Program-made: the position numbers and the translations under genes
Part shown: one piece after another, positions 11,245 to 20,708 of the stretch
Layout: each line of letters begins with the position of its first letter
Position numbering within the stretch: the stretch's first letter is position 1
Notes under the pieces: model-generated
The model's input: only the letters and a program-made list of their open reading frames with translations
The model's database searches: none
Told to the model about the DNA's origin: nothing
Source: Candidatus Limnocylindrales bacterium
GTDB lineage: Bacteria; Actinomycetota; Actinomycetes; Mycobacteriales; Micromonosporaceae
Direction: 5' to 3'
DNA: 64,000 nt
NCBI GenBank assembly: GCA_036377915.1
Contig: DASUXL010000186.1
Span: 3,168 to 67,167, forward strand

Positions 11245-12435
11245 ATGTCCTCACCGAACCAGCGGCGGCCCTCGGGTCGCGCCTCTGTTCCCGGTCGCTC
11301 GGCTCCGTCGTCCCGGGAAGCGGCTCCCGGTCCCCGGACGACCGGCACCTATGGCACGCCCCGCAAGGGTCCCAAGCCGAGGTGGGACAGGATCGCCCTG
11401 GTGGTGGTGCTGGCGCTTGCCCTGTGTGCCGGCGTCGGCGGCATCGGTCTCTGGCTATACGGCAAGAGCATCGAGGGCGATCTGGAGCGCACAGACCCGT
11501 TCTCGTCGCTGACGAAGGGGCGCCCGCCGGAGACGGCGCAGGGCGTGCAGAACATCCTGCTGGTCGGGACCGACCTGGCCGATCCGGATTCGCCGGCCGA
11601 CGATCCGGGGCAGGCGCGGACGGACACCATCATCCTGATGCACATCCCGTCCACCCAGGATCGCGCCTACCTGGTGTCGATGCCGCGTGACCTGTGGGTT
11701 TCGGTGCCGCAGAAGGCGACCGACACGGAGTGTGGCAGCCGCCGAGCAAAGATCAACGCCGCCTACGCGTGGGGTGACCTGCCGCTGCTGGTCAAGACGG
11801 TGGAGTGTTTCACGTCGGTGCGCATCAACCACGTGGTGCAGATCGACTTCGGTGGTTTCAAGCAGGTGGTGGACGCGCTCGGCGGGATCGACATGCCGAT
11901 CGAGCGGGACATCACCTCGATCCACCCGCCGTACCGGGAGTTCAAGAAGGGCACCATGCACCTCAACGGTGCCGAGGCCCTCGACTACACGCGCCAGCGC
12001 AAGCAGTTCCCGGACGGGGATTTCGCCCGCATGCGCCACCAGCAGCAGCTCCTCAAGATCATGCTGGACAAGGCGGCGAGCACCGAGACGCTGACCAACC
12101 CGGTGAAGTTCAACAAGTTCGTCCAGGCGGTGACCAAGGCGGTGAAGGTCAACAAGGAGTTCAAGCTGATCGATATGGCAATCCAGTTCCGCGGGCTGCG
12201 CAGCGACGACCTGACGTTCATGACGAGCCCGTTCACAGGAACCGACGAGATCGACGGCCAGAGCGTGGTGCTCTCCGACCGGCCCAAGGCGATCGCCCTC
12301 TACAACGCGATCGCGGCGGACAAGATGGCCGAGTGGGTGGGGGCGAACGTCTCACCCTCACCGACCGCCAAGGCCGCGAGTGCGCCGCGGCACCGATCGG
12401 GCATCGCTCTGGTCTCGCCCATAGATCGACAATAG
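11245..12435 (+). CDS. LCP (LytR-CpsA-Psr) family wall polymer ligase
   Basis: TM then NILLVGTD, RTDTIIL, SMPRDLWV, KINAAY, DFARMRHQQ. Confidence 0.9.
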   Translation: MSSPNQRRPSGRASVPGRSAPSSREAAPGPRTTGTYGTPRKGPKPRWDRIALVVVLALALCAGVGGIGLWLYGKSIEGDLERTDPFSSLTKGRPPETAQGVQNILLVGTDLADPDSPADDPGQARTDTIILMHIPSTQDRAYLVSMPRDLWVSVPQKATDTECGSRRAKINAAYAWGDLPLLVKTVECFTSVRINHVVQIDFGGFKQVVDALGGIDMPIERDITSIHPPYREFKKGTMHLNGAEALDYTRQRKQFPDGDFARMRHQQQLLKIMLDKAASTETLTNPVKFNKFVQAVTKAVKVNKEFKLIDMAIQFRGLRSDDLTFMTSPFTGTDEIDGQSVVLSDRPKAIALYNAIAADKMAEWVGANVSPSPTAKAASAPRHRSGIALVSPIDRQ

Positions 12436-12481
12436 GCGAAATAGCCCATTTTGTGCATGATCGCTCAATAAGCTGGGGGTC

Positions 12482-13507
12482 ATGCAGGTGACCCGCTCAT
12501 GGCGGTGGCCAAAAGTGCTGCTTGTCCTTGGTTTGTCGCTCGTCGTGCTCTCAGGGGCAAGCTTGATCGCCCTAAAGTTGCTGCTCCATCGGTATGAGAC
12601 CAGCCTGGGCCACGAGGTGCTGCTGGCACCCGGCGCCCGCGGCGCGAGCCCGGAGCACGTGGGGGCGTGGCGTCGTGACGGGCAGCCGCTGAACTTCCTG
12701 TTGCTCGGCTCCGACCTGCGGGCAGGCGACCCGGAGGACGGCCAGCGCTCCGACACGATCATCGTTGTCCAGATCAACCCCGAGCGCAACGGCGCCTATC
12801 TCGTATCGATCCCACGCGACCTGCTCGTGGACATACCGGAGTTCGCTCCGACCGAGTTCTACGGCAGCCGCGAAAAGATCAACGCCGCGTTCCACTTCGG
12901 CGGCGGCAGTATCGGCGGGGTCCAGCTGCTCTCGGCCACACTCGCGCAGCTCACCGGCGTCAAGTTCGACGGCGCCGCGGTGATCGACTTCAAGGGCTTC
13001 GAGCGGGTGATCGACATGCTGGGCGGCGTGCGGCTGTGCGTCGACACCGAGGTCACCTCGATCCACACCGGCCGGGTCTTCCCGCTGGGCTGCCAGGTCT
13101 TCGACGGCTCCGAGGCGCTCGACTACTCGCGGCAGCGCTACGGGCTGGAGAACGGTGACTACGACCGGCAGCGGCATAATCAGCAATTGATCAAAGCCAT
13201 ATTTGGTACCGCGCTAAGCAAGGGCATCGCGTATAACCCCGTCAAGCTCGACCAGTTCATCCGCGCCCTGGGGGACTCGATCACCGTGGACACGGGCGGC
13301 GCCTCGCTGGGCGACGCGGTGCTGGCGCTGCGCAGCCTGCGGCCGGAGGCGCTGCTCGGGATCACGGTCCCCTCGTACCCGGAAATGATCGGGGATGAGT
13401 CGTTCATCCTGATGAACGAGGAGACCCCGGCCCTGTTCGATGCCCTGCGCACCGCCCAGCTCAGCGAGTGGGCTTCGGTCAACCCGCAGTGGACTCACCA
13501 GTTGTAG
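12482..13507 (+). CDS. LCP family protein, second copy
   Basis: NFLLLGSD, RSDTII, SIPRDLLV, KINAAF, DYDRQRHNQ. Confidence 0.9.
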   Translation: MQVTRSWRWPKVLLVLGLSLVVLSGASLIALKLLLHRYETSLGHEVLLAPGARGASPEHVGAWRRDGQPLNFLLLGSDLRAGDPEDGQRSDTIIVVQINPERNGAYLVSIPRDLLVDIPEFAPTEFYGSREKINAAFHFGGGSIGGVQLLSATLAQLTGVKFDGAAVIDFKGFERVIDMLGGVRLCVDTEVTSIHTGRVFPLGCQVFDGSEALDYSRQRYGLENGDYDRQRHNQQLIKAIFGTALSKGIAYNPVKLDQFIRALGDSITVDTGGASLGDAVLALRSLRPEALLGITVPSYPEMIGDESFILMNEETPALFDALRTAQLSEWASVNPQWTHQL

Positions 13508-13568
13508 GCACTGTTGTAAGCGCAGCGCCGCTTTAGCAGGTGCTGGACAGCACAGTCACAATGGTGGT

Positions 13569-13895
13569 GTGCTGATTCCGACCGTTTCCGTCGATGATGT
13601 GGATGCCGCCGCCTATCTGCTGGATGTCCGTGAGGACGACGAGTGGGCCGCCGGCCACGCGCCCGGCGCCGCTCACCTGCCGATGATGGAGATCCCGGCG
13701 CGGCTGCGGGACGTACCGAAGGACCGTGACGTGGTTGTTGTCTGCCGGGTGGGCGGGCGCTCCGGCCAGGTCGTGGCGTACCTGTTGCAGCAGGGCTTCC
13801 AGAACGTGGCAAACCTTGACGGCGGGATGATCCGCTGGGCTGCCTCGGGCAAGCCCATGGTCGCCGAGAGTGGCCATGATCCCCACGTCCTCTGA
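13569..13895 (+). CDS. Rhodanese-like domain protein
   Basis: LLDVREDDEWAAGHAPGA, active loop CRVGGRS, NLDGGM. Confidence 0.85.
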   Translation: MLIPTVSVDDVDAAAYLLDVREDDEWAAGHAPGAAHLPMMEIPARLRDVPKDRDVVVVCRVGGRSGQVVAYLLQQGFQNVANLDGGMIRWAASGKPMVAESGHDPHVL

Positions 13896-14643
13896 AGAGC
13901 CTTTAGTCTTCGCGCACCGCGGCGCCTCGGCCGAACTGCCCGAGCACACCCTCGCCGCGTACCGCTCCGCGATCGAGGCCGGCGTGGACGGCGTCGAGTG
14001 CGATGTGCGGCTCACCCGCGACGGTCACCTCGTCTGCTTCCACGACCGGCGGCTTGACCGCACCAGCAACGGCACCGGCCCGCTGTCGCAGTTCACGCTG
14101 GACCAGCTGCGCGAGCTGGATTACGGGTCGTGGCATTCAAGCGGCGCCACGGCGACCCTGCTCACCCTCGACGACCTGCTCGACGAGTGCCGCAAGGCGG
14201 GGCGGCCGATCCGCGTGCTGGTGGAGACGAAGCACCCCAACCGGTTCGGGGGTGCGGTGGAGCACCGGCTGCGCCTTGCCCTGTACCGGCACGGCCTGCT
14301 CGACGGCGACTCCAACGTCAAGGTCACGATGATGTCGTTCTCGCCGCTGGCCGTGCGGCGTGGCCGCGACCTCATGCCGCGCGTCCCGACCGTGATGCTG
14401 CTCGATCGCCTTCCGCCGGGGGTGCGGGTGCGGCGGCTGCCGTTCGGCACGCGCATCGCCGGGCCGGGCCTGGAGTTGATCCGCAAGCGGCCGGGGCTGG
14501 TGCGCGGGCTCAAGGTCGCCGGGCAGCAGGTCTACGTGTGGACGGTCAACGAACCCGAAGATGTGGAACTTGTTGTCTCCCTTGGGGTTGACGGCATAAT
14601 CACGGATCGGCCAAAAGAGGTTCTGGCCCTCCTTGGCCGATAG
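13870..14643 (+). CDS. glpQ: Glycerophosphodiester phosphodiesterase
   Basis: AHRGAS..PEHT, ECDVRLTRDG, HD..LDRT, ETKHP, VWTVN, GIITDRP. Confidence 0.88.
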   Translation: MAMIPTSSEEPLVFAHRGASAELPEHTLAAYRSAIEAGVDGVECDVRLTRDGHLVCFHDRRLDRTSNGTGPLSQFTLDQLRELDYGSWHSSGATATLLTLDDLLDECRKAGRPIRVLVETKHPNRFGGAVEHRLRLALYRHGLLDGDSNVKVTMMSFSPLAVRRGRDLMPRVPTVMLLDRLPPGVRVRRLPFGTRIAGPGLELIRKRPGLVRGLKVAGQQVYVWTVNEPEDVELVVSLGVDGIITDRPKEVLALLGR

Positions 14644-14661
14644 GTGTAAGACTTCCGGACT

Positions 14662-15864
14662 GTGAGTGTCGCCTACCGTGAGCTGATCTTCAGTCTCACC
14701 GCGCTGATCGATGACGCTCACCGCGATCACGCCGTGCTCGACCGGCTGCTGCGGCTGGGCCAGCGGGCGCTCGGCGCCACCGGCATGGGCGTGTGCGAGC
14801 TGGACGGGCGGGCCAAGCCGGGTGGGCGCATCATCGCCGCCAGCGGCGTGCAGGATTGGGCGCTGGGCAAGCCGGTGCTGCCCGAGCACGTCAGCGCCGT
14901 GACGCCGCCGCTGGCACCGCCGTACCGGCTGGAGCTGGGTGTGCTCGACCCGATGGCGGCCGGGCAGCTCGAAGCCCGCTCCACCCGCTGGCTGCTGGTC
15001 CATCCGGTCTATGTGGACGGCCGGCTCGCCGTGCTCGTCGGCGCCTACTTCGACCATGATCGCGACCTGGATGAGGATCAGACCGCGGTGATGAAGCTGA
15101 TCGCGGCGGCGGTCGGCTTCCTTTACCGGGTCCCTGGGCTGCCGCGCCTGGCGCAGGTCGGGGGCTCCAGCGAGGACGCCGAGCTTTTCATGGCGGTGAC
15201 AAGCCATGAGCTGCGAACGCCGGTCACTGTCATCAAGGGGTACGCGGACACACTGCGCGATCACTGGGATCAGCTCGACGATCATCAGCGCCGGGACTCC
15301 GCCCGCGTGATCGGCCAGCGCGCCGGCGAGCTTGCCCGGATGGTCGACCGGCTGCTTGACGCGAGCGTCACCAGCTCCTCCGTCAGGGTCGCTCTCGCCC
15401 CGTTCGATCTGCTCGAGACGCTTCGCCGGGCATCGACCGAGCTGCCGCTCGAACTGCGCAAGCGGCTGTGCCTGGAGCTGCCCACGCGCCTGCCGGCGGC
15501 GCTGGGCCATCGCGCCGGGATCGGCAGCGTGCTGATCGAGCTGGTAACGAACGCTCACAAGTACTCGCCCGGGGCCGCGCCGGTGATCCTGACCGCCGGA
15601 TCGGACCGTTACACAGTGTTATTCCAAGTTGCAGACCGTGGCATCGGGATCTCTCCGGATCACACGCCTCACACGTTCGAGCGGTTCTGGCAGGGCGAGG
15701 CGGGGGATGATCGGCGGTACGGAGGTGCCGGGCTGGGTCTTTTCCTCGTCCGAAAGACTATTGAGCGACAAAACGGTTGGGTGTCCTTACGTCCCCGGGA
15801 TGGGGGAGGTACCGTCGCAGAGGTACGCCTGCCACGCGGAGACATGGGTGTCGGGGAGGCTTGA
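14662..15864 (+). CDS. Cytoplasmic sensor histidine kinase (GAF-like, HisKA, HATPase)
   Basis: H-box SHELRTPVT, N-box NAHKYS, DRGIGI, FERF, GAGLGL; no obvious TM. Confidence 0.88.
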   Translation: MSVAYRELIFSLTALIDDAHRDHAVLDRLLRLGQRALGATGMGVCELDGRAKPGGRIIAASGVQDWALGKPVLPEHVSAVTPPLAPPYRLELGVLDPMAAGQLEARSTRWLLVHPVYVDGRLAVLVGAYFDHDRDLDEDQTAVMKLIAAAVGFLYRVPGLPRLAQVGGSSEDAELFMAVTSHELRTPVTVIKGYADTLRDHWDQLDDHQRRDSARVIGQRAGELARMVDRLLDASVTSSSVRVALAPFDLLETLRRASTELPLELRKRLCLELPTRLPAALGHRAGIGSVLIELVTNAHKYSPGAAPVILTAGSDRYTVLFQVADRGIGISPDHTPHTFERFWQGEAGDDRRYGGAGLGLFLVRKTIERQNGWVSLRPRDGGGTVAEVRLPRGDMGVGEA

Positions 15865-15866
15865 GG

Positions 15867-16277
15867 GTGTCGACGGCTGTCGCAGAGAGCGCCTGGTGCG
15901 TCGTGGTTCCGCACCACGCGCGCGGCGCACGGCAGGCACGCCATCGGCTGACCGCGGCGCTGACCGGCAACATCCCGCCCGCCCTGCTCGCCGATGTGAT
16001 TTCCGTCGCAGCTGAGTTGATCGCCAACGCCGTGCGGCATGCCGAGCCGTTGCCCGGCGGGGTGGTCCGGCTGGCCTGGCGGCTGCGGACCTCCGAGGAC
16101 ACGCGGATGATCGAGGTGCGGGTGACCGACGGCGGTTCGGCGCAGCTGCCCCGGCCAAGGTCCGCGTCGGGCGAGGAGGCCGACGGGCGCGGTCTCACGA
16201 TCGTGGAGGCGCTCGCCGATCGATGGGGTGTCGATAAGGACGGCTTGGGTCAATCGGTTTGGGCTGAACTAAGCTGA
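15867..16277 (+). CDS. Anti-sigma-factor-like ATP-binding protein (HATPase_c_2)
   Basis: AELIANAVRH, VRVTDGG, GRGLTIVEALADRWG, VWAEL. Confidence 0.85.
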   Translation: MSTAVAESAWCVVVPHHARGARQARHRLTAALTGNIPPALLADVISVAAELIANAVRHAEPLPGGVVRLAWRLRTSEDTRMIEVRVTDGGSAQLPRPRSASGEEADGRGLTIVEALADRWGVDKDGLGQSVWAELS

Positions 16278-16283
16278 GCGGCC

Positions 16284-17156
16284 GTGAGCAAAAAATCCGG
16301 CAAGAAGCCGCCGAAGGTCCGTGACGTCAAGGTCCGTGACGTCTTCGTCGCCCGCCCATTCGAGGGCCTGGCCGACGAGGCCGAGTGGGTCGCGCTGCGT
16401 GAGCTGGTGCCGGCGGCCACGGCCGTGCTGAGGCTGGCGCCGGAGTATGCCGAAAAGTATGGCGAGCGTGAGGTCACGCTGGCGACCGTGCTGCCGATGG
16501 CGTGGCCCGCACTGACCAAGCCGGACGGCCGGATTTTCCTTGGGCTGCAACGCAATGACCGGTCCGGCGATATAAACCGGGATATGGCCGCCGCCCTGCT
16601 GAAGGCGCTCGAGACCGAGCCCGGCAACTCCGTGTCAATGCCGGTGCTCCCCGGTCCGGGCCCGCGCCTCGCCGACGTCATCGTGAATGAACCGCTGGCG
16701 ATCGAGATGAAGGACGGCTTCGAGTTCTGGCTCGACGCCGATCAGGAGCGCGACGAGAACGTCAGCGCCTCGCTGGAAGCGGCGAATGCGTCGATCTTCC
16801 CGACGTCCAAGCTGGCCGCGGCCCCGGCCGCGTACTGGTGCCGGGTACCGGGCAAGTCGCACGTGCGCTGGGTGATGCCGCAGCCGGAGGACAAGGCGCT
16901 CAACGCGCTTGCGCGCCTGGGCGCCGCGGGCGAGCTGAAGCTGGGCGAGGAGACGAAGTTCGCGGGGATGTTCCGCGCGCACAGTTTGCTGGTGCCCGTG
17001 TGGGACCTGCCGGAGGAGTCCTCGGCGCAGGAGTGGGAGGAGCCGGTCGCCGCCTTCGCCACCCGCTATGCCGCGGCGCTGCGCGACGACCCGCTGACCT
17101 CCGACGAGCGCCGGGCTAAGCAGGGCCTGCTGGGCCGGCAGCTAAGTATCCGCTGA
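16284..17156 (+). CDS. Conserved actinobacterial protein (DUF5926-like)
   Basis: FVARPFEGL..E.EWVALRELVPAATA, ATVLP, FRAHSLLVPVWDL; family call from recall. Confidence 0.7.
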   Translation: MSKKSGKKPPKVRDVKVRDVFVARPFEGLADEAEWVALRELVPAATAVLRLAPEYAEKYGEREVTLATVLPMAWPALTKPDGRIFLGLQRNDRSGDINRDMAAALLKALETEPGNSVSMPVLPGPGPRLADVIVNEPLAIEMKDGFEFWLDADQERDENVSASLEAANASIFPTSKLAAAPAAYWCRVPGKSHVRWVMPQPEDKALNALARLGAAGELKLGEETKFAGMFRAHSLLVPVWDLPEESSAQEWEEPVAAFATRYAAALRDDPLTSDERRAKQGLLGRQLSIR

Positions 17157-17685
17157 GTTTGCCGAGCGAGCCGCCCAGTTCCTTTGCCGTGGGCGCGGTC
17201 GCCGGGTCGATCAGCCACTGCATCAGCACCCCGCTGAGCAGAACCTGGTAGAGCGCGCCCAGTTCGGCGTCGCTGTCGAACAGTTCGGCCAGGCCGCGCC
17301 GCCCGGCCTCGACCCCGGCGGCAAGCGTCTTGCGCAGCTCGGGCACGTGTTCGGCCTGCGCCACCATCTCGAACTGCATCAGCCAGAACGGGCGGTGCCG
17401 CCCGAAGGAGTCGATCACGCGGCGCCAGCGTGCCTCGAAGCGCTCGGCCGGGGTGGCGTCGGGGTCGATGTCGGTGGCGAAGGCGCGGCCGAGGTCCTCG
17501 CCCCACTCCTGCATCGCCTCGAAGAGGGCCGCCTGTAGCAGTGCGTCTTTGGAGCCGAAGTGGTACCCGATGGCGGCGAGGCTGACCCCGGAGGCGGTGG
17601 CGACGTCGCGTGCCGTGGTGCGGGTGTAGCCCTTCTCGTTCAGGCACTTTTTCGCCCCGTCGATGAGGGCCTCCCTGTTTCCCAT
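17116..17685 (-). CDS. TetR family regulator
   Basis: N-terminal HTH GYTRTTARDVA..SGVSLAAIGYHFGSKDAL; divergent from monooxygenase. Confidence 0.9.
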   Translation of the reverse strand: MGNREALIDGAKKCLNEKGYTRTTARDVATASGVSLAAIGYHFGSKDALLQAALFEAMQEWGEDLGRAFATDIDPDATPAERFEARWRRVIDSFGRHRPFWLMQFEMVAQAEHVPELRKTLAAGVEAGRRGLAELFDSDAELGALYQVLLSGVLMQWLIDPATAPTAKELGGSLGKLSGYLAAGPAGPA

Positions 17686-17697
17686 GGATGGACCCTA

Positions 17698-17744
17698 ACA
17701 CACGTCTTAGACACCCGTCTTGCACAAACGTCTAAGACGTGTGT
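17698..17744. promoter_or_regulatory. Probable TetR operator
   Basis: Perfect 15-bp inverted repeat acacacgtcttagac (17698-712) / gtctaagacgtgtgt (17730-744) between the divergent genes; third partial half-site gtcttgcac in the spacer. Confidence 0.8.
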
Positions 17745-17757
17745 ACCGTCCCATCCC

Positions 17758-18942
17758 ATGGAGATTTTGATTTCTGGGGCAAGCATCGCCGGGCCGGCAC
17801 TGGCCTTCTGGCTTTCCAAGGACGGGCACAAGGTCACGATCGTCGAGCGCGCACCCGAGCTGCGTGACGGCGGCTACAAGGTGGACATCAGGGGCGCGGC
17901 GATCGAGGTGGCCCGGCGCATGGGCATTCTTGAGGAGATCCGCGCGGCGAGCACCAACATGCGCGAGGCGCGCTGGGTGGACCGGGACAACCGGACCCTC
18001 GCCGTCCTGCCCGCCGACTTCTTCGAGGGCCGCACCGGCGACGATGAGGAGATCATGCGCGGCGACCTGGCCCGCATCCTCTACGACCGCACCAAAGACG
18101 TTGTGGAGTATGTCTTCGGCGACTCGATCGCGGCGCTTGACGAGGGGCCAGACGGCGTGCTCGTGAGCTTCGAGCGCGGCCCGGACCGCCGCTTCGACCT
18201 GGTGATCGGGGCCGACGGGCTGCACTCCCGGGTGCGGGCGCTGACCTTCGGCGACGAGGCGCAGTTCGTCAAGCACCTTGGCGCCTACGTCTCCATCTAC
18301 ACCACGCCGAACTACCTGAACCTCGACTACGCCGAGCTTTTCTACGGCTCGGTCGACCGCCTCGTCTCGGTCTACAGCGCCCGCGACAACAGCGAGGCCC
18401 GAAGCCTGTTCATCTTCAACTCCCCCCGCCTCGACTTCGACCGGCGCGACGCCAAATCCGTTCTGGCGCAGCACTTTGACGGGGAGAGCTGGGAGACGCC
18501 GCGGCTGCTGGAGTTCATGCGGGACGCGAACGACTTCTACTTCGACTCCGTGAGCCTGGTGGAGATGCCGGGCTGGTCGCGCGGCCGGGTGACGCTCGTG
18601 GGCGACGCCGCGAGTTGCCCCTCGCCCGCGTCGGGGCAGGGGACCGGGCTGGCTCTGGTCGGCGCCTATGTGCTCGCCGGTGAGCTTGCCGCGGCGGGTG
18701 GCGACCACGTCGCCGCGTTCGCTTGCTACGAGCGGATAATGCGCCCTTACGCTCAGGCCAACCAGAAGTTCGCGCGCCGGGCGGTCAAGGCGTTCACTGC
18801 CACCACTCCGGGGCAGGTGCGGGTGCGCAACGCGATGATGCGGGTGCTGCACTACATGCCCTGGAAGGGGGCTCTCGCCGCGCCGACGACTCGGCTGCTG
18901 CAGCGTGCCGCCAATGATGTCGAGCTGAAAAGCTACCAATGA
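17758..18942 (+). CDS. FAD-dependent monooxygenase
   Basis: GASIAG, DLVIGADGLHSRVR, LVGDAA...GQGT. Confidence 0.88.
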   Translation: MEILISGASIAGPALAFWLSKDGHKVTIVERAPELRDGGYKVDIRGAAIEVARRMGILEEIRAASTNMREARWVDRDNRTLAVLPADFFEGRTGDDEEIMRGDLARILYDRTKDVVEYVFGDSIAALDEGPDGVLVSFERGPDRRFDLVIGADGLHSRVRALTFGDEAQFVKHLGAYVSIYTTPNYLNLDYAELFYGSVDRLVSVYSARDNSEARSLFIFNSPRLDFDRRDAKSVLAQHFDGESWETPRLLEFMRDANDFYFDSVSLVEMPGWSRGRVTLVGDAASCPSPASGQGTGLALVGAYVLAGELAAAGGDHVAAFACYERIMRPYAQANQKFARRAVKAFTATTPGQVRVRNAMMRVLHYMPWKGALAAPTTRLLQRAANDVELKSYQ

Positions 18943-19050
18943 AATGGACATTCATCCATTCATTCATGGCGACTCCGCTATTCAGGCCTACCCAACCTAT
19001 AGGAGTGAGATAGGAGGCTCACGTACGGTAAGGGATACCTAACTCAGTGC

Positions 19051-19719
19051 GTGGCACCGCCGGAGGCAGGCATGACCGCATACCCCGTCCGACCTCAGTT
19101 CGGCGCAGCCCCCAGGCTCCAGCCCACACAATGGGCCCGCCGCCTGCGGGAAGAACAAGTGATCAAGCGCATGGCGGCCGCGGAAGACAGAACCGCGGAC
19201 CGGCTCTCGAGAGAGTGGCACGTCATCGAATGGCCAACCGCCAGACCCGTCGTCGTGGAGGGAAAGACCAAGCCGCTAGCCGGCTTCCTCGCGATCGGCC
19301 CGGGCGGCATCTTCAGCGTCTCGGTCGCACAGCACGGGCGAAGCCGCGTGCTGATCGCCGGGGACGTGGTGCAGATCAACGGCCGACGGCCGTCCTATGT
19401 GTCCCAGGCAAGGCGAGACGCCAAGCGGGCGCAGAAGGCGCTGTCGACGGCGATAGGGCAGGACATCAAGGTCTTTCCGGTGCTGGCGTTCGTGGGCAAC
19501 GGTCCCATCAGCGTCAACGGGCTCCCGAAGGACTGCGTTGTCACCACCTATCGCGAGCTTGACAAGGTGCTGGCCGCAACCGGCCGCCGGCTCTCCCCGG
19601 AGACGGCGGACAAGTTGTCACAGGTAGCGCGAACCCCATCCATATGGCCGGATGCCAAGCCCTACCAGTGGTACCCGGAGGGAGCAACAGCCGGTGACAA
19701 GGACACCACACGCGGGTAA
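19051..19719 (+). CDS. Hypothetical protein, degenerate NERD-like fold
   Basis: FLAIGPGGIFSV and ARRDAKRA...VFPVLAFV resemble NERD, but the usual acidic/Lys catalytic residues are not evident. Confidence 0.55.
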   Translation: MAPPEAGMTAYPVRPQFGAAPRLQPTQWARRLREEQVIKRMAAAEDRTADRLSREWHVIEWPTARPVVVEGKTKPLAGFLAIGPGGIFSVSVAQHGRSRVLIAGDVVQINGRRPSYVSQARRDAKRAQKALSTAIGQDIKVFPVLAFVGNGPISVNGLPKDCVVTTYRELDKVLAATGRRLSPETADKLSQVARTPSIWPDAKPYQWYPEGATAGDKDTTRG

Positions 19720-19731
19720 CGTTGGCGGGCG

Positions 19732-20175
19732 ATGACCCACATCGAGCTCTCGTTGTCCCCCTCGGCTCACCCGTCACCGGAGGCGACGGTGACCGACCCG
19801 CTCGAGCAGTGGGCCGCGTCCGTCACCGCCGCTGAGGAGTCCTGTCTGGTGATCGACGCCAGCGGTGTCATCCTCGCGGCCTCCGGGCCGTGTGCCCGGA
19901 TGCTGCGGCAGAAGCAGCCGCTGGAGTTCATGGGCCGGCACCTGCTCGACCGAGAGGTCCTTGCGCTTATCGACTTCACGGCCGCCGGCAATGAGCTTGC
20001 CGAAACGGAGCGCGAGCAGATCCCACCTCTGCTCGCGCTGTCCTCCGGCCGCCTTGCGCGCAGCCTGCTGCGGGTGCGCAACTCCGCCGGCATCCACACC
20101 CTCGACGCGATCGCGACTCCGTTGCGCCGCAACGATTCAGTGGTCGGTTCGTTGACCTTCTTCGCCGCGGTCTGA
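19732..20175 (+). CDS. Small PAS-like protein
   Basis: CLVIDASGVILAASGPCARML...MGR, C-terminal ATPL...VVGSLTFF. Confidence 0.55.
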   Translation: MTHIELSLSPSAHPSPEATVTDPLEQWAASVTAAEESCLVIDASGVILAASGPCARMLRQKQPLEFMGRHLLDREVLALIDFTAAGNELAETEREQIPPLLALSSGRLARSLLRVRNSAGIHTLDAIATPLRRNDSVVGSLTFFAAV

Positions 20176-20196
20176 CGGCGTGGTATAAAGCCCCAT

Positions 20197-20694
20197 ATGC
20201 GGCCGTTCACCCCCGCCGCCGGCCTGGTCCTGCTGATGCTCGTGACCTCGGCCTGCGGGACTCCCCCCGATCTCGCCTCCCGTGGCGATCGGGTTCCGGC
20301 TCCGCCGTCGGCGCCGAGTCAAACACCGGAGTTCCCGCCCGGGTTCACGCCCGCGCCGACCTCGTCGCCGAGCCGCAACATCAGCCCGACCCCGACGCTG
20401 TCGCCGTTCCCGGAGTACACGGCGGTGCCGTGCGCGGGGCGGGTCACCGCCAACCAGGTGATCGATCTGGTGAGGAGCGCGTCGTCGATCAGTCCGTCGG
20501 GGGCGGTCGCCGGCTATCCGCTGTGCGCGGGGAGCTGGCAGCTGACCGAGCTTCAGGTGCCGGGCCGGGACTCGGTGCTGGCCGTGACGATCACCCAAAA
20601 CGGGCTCAAGCTTGTCGCCGCGGGGACGGATGTCTGCACGGCCGAGGTGAAGTTGCTGGCGCCGTCGGGCATCAAGCTTGCCGCGGGCTGCTGA
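20197..20694 (+). CDS. Putative lipoprotein
   Basis: Lipobox VTSAC, Pro-rich linker, four Cys in mature domain. Confidence 0.7.
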   Translation: MRPFTPAAGLVLLMLVTSACGTPPDLASRGDRVPAPPSAPSQTPEFPPGFTPAPTSSPSRNISPTPTLSPFPEYTAVPCAGRVTANQVIDLVRSASSISPSGAVAGYPLCAGSWQLTELQVPGRDSVLAVTITQNGLKLVAAGTDVCTAEVKLLAPSGIKLAAGC

Positions 20695-20708
20695 TGTAGC
20701 GTCGGCGT

